From assembly GCF_037042905.1 (NCBI RefSeq), contig NC_087246.1, forward strand, positions 35,712,001 to 35,776,000: DNA of 64,000 nucleotides, in the 5' to 3' direction. This DNA comes from Lytechinus pictus. Taxonomy: Eukaryota. This document shows positions 54,046 to 64,000 of this stretch, one piece after another. Position numbers and translations under genes: made by a program. A model generated the notes under the pieces. It was not told the DNA's origin. It made no database searches and was given only the letters and a program-made list of their open reading frames with translations. Positions within the stretch are counted from its first letter, which is position 1; each line of letters begins with the position of its first letter.

Positions 54046-54895
54046 CTCACACCCTCTCACCCGTTGATAAACACACAGTACGACTTCTCTCTTCCTTTTC
54101 CGCCCTTCCTTATTTATTACCTTCTTATCGGACTCCCATTGCTTCCTCTCTACATGGTCTATACCTCAAAGTTTCTTTCTCCCTCACTCGGCACCCCTCT
54201 CTTTCACTTTTTCCTTCTCACATTCGCTTTCTCAGACACACACGCACACACACACACTTCCGTGCGTAAACACGTATACAACCTTCCTCTCATTTTATCT
54301 TCGTCTCGGACTCATTTTGCTTTATTTCTCAATCTCCTTTTCGTTCTCCCTCACTCTGCACCACTCTCTCCCCCTCCCTTCTCTCCCTCTCTTTCCCTCT
54401 CTCTCTCTCTTGTAGGAAATTTTCGCTGTATGTTACTTGACAAACTTCACATTTTCATTGCTGAACAACATTGTACAATCCTAAGAAACTCAATATAATA
54501 TATCAATAATTTATTAGTATTCAAACTTCGATTTTAGTATGAAAACAAAATATACAAATAAATTTCAATCTAGTATCTCATTCTTCAGATATACGGGTCC
54601 TGCACAAGGTACTTATTATAAGTCATCAGCTCGTACTATGACAATGGGATTAAAGCTGTATATTGTATTATAGTCTTTGATTAAGTGATGAGACTTCGAA
54701 TCTTATTCATCGAGACCAAACTTTTCTTCCTGGTGAAGATGACATCGGATGTAAAGTAAGCAATTGTTGTTCCAGTTGACTTGTTGAAAGTGTCGTTGCC
54801 GGACTTGTTGAATTTCGTGTGTCCTTATAACCGGCTACCTTGGTGATAGTGACCTGCAGGATGTGTTAGTTTCTTACGGTGAAATTGCGTTCAGT

Positions 54896-56278
54896 TTAGA
54901 CAGTCGTAGCCGGTAAAGCGGTCGTTGGCCCAGGGGTAGGTGGCGGGTTCGTATTTCCCCGTCGGGTTGGCATGGTGGGAGGATGGAAAGCTCTCCTTGC
55001 TTTAAGGGCTGTTAAGTTAAAGAGACAAAATGTTTTTTAATATCATTAAAGATCAGATGATCAAGATAATGCGAAGAAGTGGCACTTAAACAAGTTTCTG
55101 GTTTCATGATAATCACTTTTCTTCAATACAAGCACTTTTTACTACAAAATACCTACAGAATTCAAAGGATTTTGTAATTAGATTGTGGAAGTAGTTTTGA
55201 CCCTATTATTGTCAAAGAAGTATAGAGAACGGGAAGGAGATCAATTAATGAAAAGAAATTAAAAAGAAGTGCCGAGTGTGCAGAAAGAGAAGAAAAAGAA
55301 GAAGAAGGAAAAGGATAAGAAGAAGATGAAGAAGAAGAAGAAGAAAAGAAGAAAAAAGAAGAAGAAGAAGAAGAATAGGAGCATAAGGAGGAAGAAGAGA
55401 ATGAGGAAAATAAAGTGAAAAGTGGGAAAAAAATGAATAGGAATAATCAAAATGTACAATAAAACAAATAAAGGTGAAGAGAAAGATTGATAAGAGATAA
55501 CAAATGTGTGAAAAATTTATCAAGATGTTGTATATTTATATCCCTTCTGTCCGTTATTGCTGCCTTGTCTCTCATGGCCTCACTCTCCGACTGGCCGATA
55601 CACGAACCGTCATTTCCTCAGTTATTTATTGCTTTTTTATCATTTAAACGATAATAAACAAAGTACTCACTGGTACAACGATCGACGACTGTTGAGGGTG
55701 TTGCACACACAATCTCCATAGCGGCACAACCATCGAAGACCATCTGGACAACGGAACGTTCATCGAGGTAGCAGAGTTGTTTATTGTTCGCCTGATCGAG
55801 GTAGCTCTCGACTCTGTCGCCATTGTAACCCGGGGTTTCTCTCACCCCCTCGGCGTAGTCGTGCACGTGATCGAGGACCTCAGAGTTACAGCCACCCTCA
55901 CCTCGCTTCTTCTCCTCGTATCCGGGGCAAGACTTGATAAGATGTTCGTAGATACTCTGTTGACCATTTCCATGAGCTGAATAACACAAAGAGATGGGTA
56001 TTGGCGGTAATGAATTTGTTAAATTTATTAAAATTTTTGATATTAGTAACAAAATCAATAGCAATACTACTACTACTACTAATAATAATAATATTATAAA
56101 AATAACCGTCATGATGAATATCATATTAATCTTAACAACTATGTTTATGATAATGATACTGATAACAATCACAAGAGCAACAAGGAAAACTGTGACCATC
56201 TCGTCCCACTCCTCTGAACATACATATATGTATTTTTACTACTTAATTTAATACAAATTCTAGTAAAATAACAGTTTT

Positions 56279-56318
<40 letters not shown>

Positions 56319-57114
56319 GCTACTACTACTACTACTGATAATAATAATAATAATATAAAAATAACCGTCATGATGAATATCATATTAATCTTAACAACTA
56401 TGTTTATGATAATGATACTGATAACAATCACAAGAGCAACTAGAAAAACTGTGACCATCTCGTCCCACTCCTCTGAACATATGTATTTCTAATACTTAAT
56501 TTAATCATGTTAATACAAATTATNNNNNNNNNNNNNNNNNNNNNNNNNNNNNNNNNNNNNNNNNNNNNNNNNNNNNNNNNNNNNNNNNNNNNNNNNNNNN
56601 NNNNNNNNNNNNNNNNNNNNNNNNNNNNNNNNNNNNNNNNNNNNNNNNNNNNNNNNNNNACTGTTTCTACTTCTGCTATACTTCTGTTTATACTTCTAAA
56701 AATAATGCTGGCAAATTTACAATTGCATTTGTCTCTCCCATTTACCATGGATCCTACTTGGATCCAAAATACTTACGGAATGCTTCAGATATCGCGATGT
56801 AAGATAAAACAACCAGGCACATTACAGCAGTTGGTTTCATCTGAAAAAAAGAAGAAATATATATTTACAATCACAATCAGATGAAGCAATGTGAAAATCA
56901 GTTAAGTCTAAAGTCTAAAAAGTAGTACAGTCAGTACTACTTTTTAATTCAAACACTCCTTTAATTTAAACATGGAATATATAAAGTGATATATTGATAT
57001 AATTACGAAGGAAATCTCGAATGAAGAACATACTCAATTTCCAGAAGAAGTTAAAGCCATAAAAATAAGAAATGTTTGAAGAAAATTCTACAATTCACTT
57101 ACAGTTGTGGCCAT
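54896..57114 (-). CDS. Six-Cys secreted family gene E (164 aa; acidic domain, Pro/Thr tail)
   Basis: Exons 57103-57114 (MATT), 56777-56840 (MKPTAVMCLVVLSYIAISEAF), 55671-55976 (domain) and 54896-55008 (TLKARRAFHPPTMPTRRGNTNPPPTPGPTTALPATTV*). An N gap lies in intron 2. Confidence 0.85.
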
Positions 57115-57183
57115 GTTGGATATTCAAAGATACTACGAGGACTTCTTAAAGTTGCCTGAAATTTTTTCTTAGCTTCTCTACTC

Positions 57184-57219
57184 GAATGATCTCTTGAGAC
57201 CGACCTGCTCATATTTATA
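57184..57219 (-). promoter_or_regulatory. TATA + Inr of gene E
   Basis: TATAAATAT at 57219; TCATTC 32 nt downstream. Confidence 0.65.
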
Positions 57220-58052
57220 CTTTTCTCACTCTCCAGGCAAACAAACTAAAAATCACTTCTTGTAGAAAAAAATAAAAGAAATATGTTGCCAGCAACTGTC
57301 CATTGAGATTAAGACAATGTCCACATTAAGGACAGTGAAATAATAGTAGCCTAGAGTCAGTGGATTTGTCAATTGCCAATTCATCACAGAGAGAATGTCA
57401 GGGGGGCCTCAAGTTTGCCACAATCCTTCTCAGTCATGTCAGTTGAACCTGCACTTTGTTTCTTTGTAAGATGGATTTCAATTGATTTGAGACTAAGTGT
57501 TATGAAGCGAAGCATTAGGATTATTGCTTGTTTCGTCATAATCGAGAATGTGAAAGTGACCGAATTATGAGGTCAATTGACTTACGATACTCCCACATTG
57601 AGGAAAATTATCATTTTGTATACTTAATATTTCACTTGGAACAACTCTAATTGTCTCTGTTTTATCTTTGTAACCATCAGTTTGTCTTGTACTTCAACTA
57701 GGTCTTTCCATTCCCATTCGCTTTGACATTTAGTCGAAATATTTATAGCAGCTTTAAATTCAGCAGAATTAGTATTTTGTTTCATCATTGGAATAATTAA
57801 TGTGATATTTTGAGATCATACATATTTTCCGTTACATCGTGATTTCATCCTCTTCCTTATTACATGTATAGCCTCATTTATATTGCTACAAAGTACAACT
57901 TTTCCCTTCTTAAACCTTAATTGCCTATATTTTTTAGTAATTCATTAAAAAGTAATTGAAGAGAGATAAGTTTTGTCATATATTTTTAAAACTCTGTTGT
58001 AATGTATAATGCCCGACTCTTTTTATCTGTTAAACTATCTTATCTTACCTCT

Positions 58053-58087
<35 letters not shown>

Positions 58088-58525
58088 TCTTTCTCTCTCG
58101 GTTATTCCTCTATCGCACATTAATATGCGCGCGCGCACACACCCTCCCACATACACATCCACACACACCCAATAGAGTAAGAGTATTGTTAGTCATATTC
58201 GAGTAAAGTATCGCTAATTATAATCAGAGGAAAGAGACGGTAGTCATAATCAGCTAAGTGGGTCGCTAGACAACAACAGAAGATGGTCACTAGTTAATAT
58301 GGTCAGGCGTAATTTTTGAGAGGAGAGGATCCCTGTAAGAAGGTTGCAGGTCATAATAAAAGAAGGGGGTCGCTCGTCATAATAATAAAAAAAGAGAGTC
58401 GCTCGTCACAATCAAGTAACAGGGCAGACGTTAGTCACAATAAAAAAGGGTCGCAAGTCGCAATCAGATGAGAAAGTCGCTGGTCATAATCAAAGAAGAA
58501 GGTACATGTAGGTAGTCATAGTTAA

Positions 58526-59107
58526 AGGGATGGTCCGGGCTGAAAGTATTTATAGCTTAACAAATAGAGTAGAATTCACTGAGCAAAATGCCGAAAATTT
58601 CATCAAAATCGGATAACAAATAACAAAGTTATTGAATTTTAAAGTTTAGCAATATTTTGTGAAAACAGTCATCATGAATATTCATTAGGTGGGCTGATGA
58701 TGTCACATCTCCACTTGTTCTTTTGTATTTTATTATATGAAATTAGGTTTATTCAAATTTTTTCCTCCAAGAACTAGAAAAATTGAATTGACAAATGATT
58801 TAGTGCATTAGATATTTATTGCTGCAACTTATTTCATTATAAAAGAGACATATCATTCACACAAGTATGAAATAATGAAAAAAATATGATTTTATGTAAT
58901 AACATAAGAAAACGGAAAGTGGAGATGTGACATCATCAGCCCATCTAATGAATATTCATGACGACTGTTTTCACAAAATATTGCTAAACTTTAAACTTCA
59001 ATAACTTTATTATTTGTTATCCGATTTTGATGAAATTTTCAGCATTTTGCTCAGTGAATTCTACTCTATATATTAAGATATGAATATTTTCAGCCCGGAC
59101 CATCCCT
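58526..59107. mobile_element. TTAA-flanked MITE with long TIRs
   Basis: TTAA|agggatggtccgggctgaaa ... tttcagcccggaccatccct|TTAA. It interrupts a degenerate ~28-bp tandem array (gtcgctagtcataat-like, ~58230-59190). Confidence 0.9.
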
Positions 59108-59859
59108 TTAAGTTAAATGAAAGACGCTAGTCACAATAAAAAAGGTCGTTAGTCATATGAGACGGTCGCTCGTCATAGTCAAGCAGAAGGGTCGCTGCTT
59201 ATACATGTTATATGCAGTGGCGTAACAGGCGGGGACAGGGGGGCAAGCTGCCCCCCCCCCGGCGGATTTCACCGGGAAAATTAAAAAAANNNNNNNNNNN
59301 NNNNNNNNNNNNNNNNNNNNNNNNNNNNNNNNNNNNNNNNNNNNNNNNNNNNNNNNNNNNNNNNNNNNNNNNNNNNNNNNNNNNNNNNNNNNNNNNNNNN
59401 NNNNNNNNNNNNNNNNNNNNNNAAAAGAAAGGAGGAAAAATATAGGGATGAGGGGAAAAAAAAACGAAGATTTTGTTTTAATGGAAAAAAAAGGAAAGCT
59501 GGAAAAGTAACGAAAGAAGAACATTTGAGAAAGAACAAATCATTCCGAAATAGGCCTATGTAAGGCAATAGCATGATGGGAAATAAATTAAAAGATGACA
59601 AATGGCAACAAAAGCGGGAAATGAAGGTAGAATGCAATTAGTCAAAAGCTAAATTGGAAAACAAAGAAAAGGGACAAGAAAAAAACTTAATAACAAGACG
59701 GGGCTGCCGAGAATTGAAAGTAAAGAGGGGGAAGAAAGATGGACTGCATACACTTATTGTGCTATAAGCTTGCTAAATTTTATGCAAATAAGCTACCGTG
59801 GCTTTGCCCCAGACCCCACGCAGTAGAGGCTCTTCATCTATAACCTTCAAATGAAAACC

Positions 59860-62800
59860 TATAATGAAAATCACTTGTTTATTCCTCCTGGATCATGTAT
59901 TTCATTCTTATCACCAAATACGTAAATAAGAATAGTTGATATTCAAGCTTATTTTAAAAATACCATTGGAGAGTGGGAACTTTTGAGTCATAAAAAATTG
60001 CAAAACTTCGCTTGCAATAAAGTTTTAAAAAAAAGTTTTTGGATGCAACAAACGGGCCAGACTTTCATTGAAATTTTGCGTCATAATATTGCAAAACTTC
60101 CCTTTTAATAAAGTATAAAAAAAATATATTTCGTCAATGTATTCGTGTCCCAAGCCTACCTGATTCTGCGTGAGGAGTGAACTAGGTTAAGAAGGAAAAA
60201 ATATGGTTCTATTCTGCCCAATTTTCACCATTACAATGAGGAAAAAAAAACTTATTTGATTAACGATTTTCTTAACAAAATTGCCACAATTAGATAATAT
60301 TGATCTTTATTCATAGTCCAGGATGGATTTTTTTAATCAGTTGCATTCGCTCATTTTGATAAAGATTTAGATATTGCTCAAGCAAGATGCTCTGTGATGA
60401 TTCACGCACAATCCGATGCAATATGACTCTTTTTCAATTCTCAAACTTCTCCCATTCGCTTTCTCAGACACACATACATACTCTCACCCGTGGATAAACC
60501 ACTGGTCTCTCCCTTTAATATCTGGATGGGAACAATAACGCTGATTGGCCTATTCCGTGTTGAAGCACCGGAAGTTGGTACCTCCGCACGCCGAGTTCCC
60601 CCAAAAAAGCCAAAATCGAAGTAGAGTCTGGTTCACGGCAAGAGTGTTCTTAATTATACTTACCAGATCAACTCTTATTACAGCACTTTTCAATGTGAAT
60701 TTATACCTGATGCAAAGTTAAAGATGCCGTCATGTGCCGCGTATGATTGCAATAATCGGGACGACCGTGGAAACAGAGAAAAGGGGAATACTTTTCACAG
60801 CTAAGACAAGCTGGTGAACTGCATAGTTGTAGACTTTATGTAGTCCCATGTGCTCAAATACATGTGTGGTAATTCTAGATTACCAGAGCAAGTTTCCAAA
60901 ACTTTAAAACTCCAGGGGGGGGGGGGTTATCGATTGTTGTGATTTCTCTGGAATCGTGATGAATTTAAACCATGATTCAAATAAATATTCATTTTATTGA
61001 TATTCATAACTGTCACCAAGTTTTATGAGTTTATCAATCATGTTTGGGCAGAAGAATAACACGAGACACGAAAATACTGACCGTGTAGCCTGTATTCTGA
61101 AACTTGACTGAAGTTAAGTTAAGACTGGAAATCTGCCGTTTCGGAGGAGTTAAAAAAAATGATTTTTTTTGCGAAGCACAGATCCTGACCGAAATTTTTC
61201 GGTCAAGGACTAGATCTACAAGGTATTCTGAAAATTATTTTATCTTTTATTTGTGTTAATGTCCTTGGAAAGGACAATAAAATTTACAAGCTAGAGGTAC
61301 ATGTACGGTAGGACTATAGGACTTTAGGAGGCTAATGTAACTTGTGCCATGTGAATTTGTGATAGTTCTCTGTCAACAATAGATCTAATTATTTTTCCCA
61401 AGAACTTGTTTTTTTTTTAAGTACGTAAAAAAGACATTAGGCTACAGAGACGGATTTACAGACTTCAGAAATTTCACAGAACTTATTTTGAGATGATGAA
61501 TGTCTTCAAAGAAAAAAAATGTCTCGGTGGAGCAAAAAAAAGGGGGGTTATCAACCAAAAATTTAGGGGGGATGACGCAAGAAAAATAATCTGACAAGCA
61601 AAAAAAAAAGGATATCAACCCAAATTTAGGGAGGGATGCAAACATAAGAAATAATCTGACAAGCAAAAAAAGGTTATCAACCAGAATTTTAGGGTGGAAC
61701 ACAACAATTTTAGGGGGGTCCACCTGAATTTAGGGGGGATGCAGGAAACAAAATTGACAAGCAAAAAGAACAAAAAAGGTTATCAACATAAATTTTTGGG
61801 GGTCTGTCCCCCAACCTAAAATTTAGGGGGGACAGGACCCCCCCCCCCCCCGCTGCCTATATGAACAAACTGGGGAGAGGATAATTGAAGAGGGTCGATC
61901 GATGTGACGGAGGGAGAGAGAGAGAGACACTCTTAAAGGGCAAGTCCACCTCATGGAAAAGATTATTTGAATAGAAAGAAAAACCACATAAAATGCTGAA
62001 AATTTAATCAAAATCAGAAGTAAAATATGAAATTTATGATATTTTAAAGTTTTACTTAAGCGATGAATATTTCGGTGTTATGCTTGTTAGATTATTTTGG
62101 GGGGTGGACTTAAATAAAAGGGGGTTTCAAGCCCAGTGTTATAATTAAGCCTGCATAACCTAGAAAGTCCTCGCCCTATCCCTAAGATGTTATTTGGCAA
62201 ACCTCCAAAATACCCCTAGACAAGTCAAGGATTTCATCCATTCTTCCTTAGGTTAGAAAAACACCAACCCCTTCAAAATTATGTTTCCGAAATGTACTAG
62301 GAAAGAACCATGGTTTCAAGAAAATTGCGAATTCTGGCACCTTAAATATATGAAGTTTTGTATGAAAAGCAATGAGAGTTTCAGTGTGCAGACAGCTAGC
62401 GTATCGCTCACAATGCACATGCTAGTGGAGCGATCGCGTTCCTTTTGGGGGAACTGGTATGGCGGACAATAGAACTCGCGGGCTTCAAACAAAGGACCCT
62501 CCCCGCATATCCAGTTTAGAGATCAGTGGGATAAACACACATTCGACCTCCCTCCCTTTTCCTCACTTCCTTATTTATTACCTTCTTATCGGACTCCCAT
62601 TGCTTCCTGTATACATGGTCTATACCTCAAAGTTTCTTTCTTCCTCACTCGACACCCCTCTCTTACTTTTTTCTTTCTCACACTCGCTTTCTCAGACACA
62701 CACGCACACACTCACACCACTCACTCATCCGTGCATAAACACATATGCAACCTTTCTTTCTTTCTTATCTTCGTCTCCGACTCATATTGCTTCATTTCTC

Positions 62801-63194
62801 CATCTAAAATTTTCTGTTCTCCTCACTCTGCACCACTCTCCTCCCTTCTCTCTCTCTCCCCCTCCCTCTCTCTCGTTCCCTCTCTCTCTCTCTCTCTTTT
62901 TAAGGAAATGTTCGCTGTATGTTACTTGACAAACTTCACATTTTCATTGCTGAACAACATTGTACATTCCTAAGAAACCCAATAATATAATATATCAATA
63001 ATTTATTAGTATTCAAACTTCGATTTAGTATGAAAACAAAATATACAAACAAATTTCAATCTGGTATCTCATTCTTCAGATATACGGATCCTGCACAAGG
63101 TAATTAAGTCATCAGCTCGTACTATGACGAAGGGATTAAAGCTGTATATTGTATTGTAGTCTTTGATTAAGTGATGAGGCTCAGAATCTTATTC
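59860..63194. repeat. Segmental duplicate of the 3' UTR end and downstream flank of gene E (50224-54708)
   Basis: 59860-60499 matches 50224-50815 plus 53751-54070, and 62529-63194 matches ~54065-54708. It includes the minus-strand AATAAA. Confidence 0.9.
60500..62528 (+). mobile_element. P-element-like non-autonomous transposon retaining the first THAP exon
   Basis: CA...TG termini; TIR cactggtctct / agagatcagtg; 8-bp TSD GGATAAAC. 60724-60800 encodes MPSCAAYDCNNRDDRGNREKGNTFH (THAP N-terminus). Empty site at ~54065. Confidence 0.85.
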
Positions 63195-63456
63195 CGGACC
63201 TTTCGTTTGAGGACGCGCACGCTTATTTACGACGTTAGTTGATTTTGGAAGAGACTTTTTGGGCCCGTCATCATGGTCGTCCTGCAATGCAAATTGTGTG
63301 ACATGAGATTTTTTTTTCGTTTCGCATCTGCGACGGAAACATTCAATATGCGTTTCGTGTGCAAAATTTTGGTTGCTACTATGGTAACAGCGATATATCT
63401 CATTGAGGACGACGTTCCAAAGCCACATTTGACTCCTCCTAGAGCTCGAGAGGCCG

Positions 63457-63756
63457 CCCGGGGGGCCCACTTCCATTGATTAGTGGATACCAGGAGCGAC
63501 CACGCGTAAAAGGGGACAGAGTGGGCAGGTACGTTACGTATAGGCCTATGTAACGTTATAAGGGTGTCAAAACGATGTTTAAAATGCTGACAAAAAAGGG
63601 ATATCCATTACTTGTAGGGTTTCACAAGCTAAATTCTTGTTAAGAGATGCATTTTCATAATCTGGAAAAGAATTAATTCCCAGCTTGTTTAGGGTACTTT
63701 TCGAAACCCCATGGTCGTGCCTGGTATCCACTCATTAATGGAAGTGGTCCCCCCGG
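63457..63756. mobile_element. MITE with CCCGGGG termini
   Basis: cccggggggcccacttccattgattagtggataccagg ... cctggtatccactcattaatggaagtggtccccccgg. Confidence 0.8.
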
Positions 63757-64000
63757 AATTTGAATCTAATCCCCCATTTCTGGGGGAAGTAAAACATAAT
63801 GCCCATTACATCGTGTGCGAGAGGCATATCGTTTGTGTAGAATGAATAAACAAAATAAACAAAAGAAACAAAAAGAAACGAGTTCAAACGTATTACATAA
63901 TGGTGTGCACTTATCAACTCACGCGAAATGTTCGGCTGGAGAGGTTGATCTGACCCATGAAATCAATTGCCAGTAATACACCAATAATCCACAATAAATG

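Noticed and set aside
55990-56520. Hydrophobic ORFs (MVTVFLVALVIV...) and a ~270-bp local duplication
   Set aside because: These are translations of AAT/ACT microsatellites. The duplicate abuts an N gap and may be an assembly artefact.
58230-59190. Regularly spaced gtcgctagtcataat-like repeats resembling a CRISPR array
   Set aside because: A degenerate minisatellite in eukaryotic DNA, with no unique spacers and no cas genes.

Overview
AT-rich, intron-containing animal genomic DNA with five N gaps. The repeat repertoire suggests an echinoderm, probably a sea urchin; this is inference only. Splicing the minus strand by hand gives a head-to-tail cluster of a small secreted-protein family that I do not recognise. 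It comprises genes A (partial), B, C, D and E, a pseudogenised duplicate B', and a copy of E's 3' UTR end and flank at 59.9-63.2 kb that may belong to a further member. Every member has TATA + Inr, a 4-codon first exon, a signal-peptide exon and one phase 1-1 exon encoding a ~97-aa six-cysteine domain (C-x12-14-C-x33-38-C-Y-x12-13-C-x-A-[ML]-x-[LI]-x-C-x9-15-C). In B-E a last exon adds a variable low-complexity tail: PQG/PPGRGGW repeats in B and C, Thr/Pro-rich in D and E. Between B and C, in the same orientation, is a gene encoding signal peptide + F5/8 type C (discoidin) + PAN/Apple domain. The rest is mobile DNA: a recent 5'-truncated L1/Tx1 LINE with TSD, a P-element-like THAP remnant, several hAT-type elements with 8-bp TSDs, and Tc1/mariner-type and TTAA-flanked MITEs. 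All gene models are manual predictions without transcript evidence.
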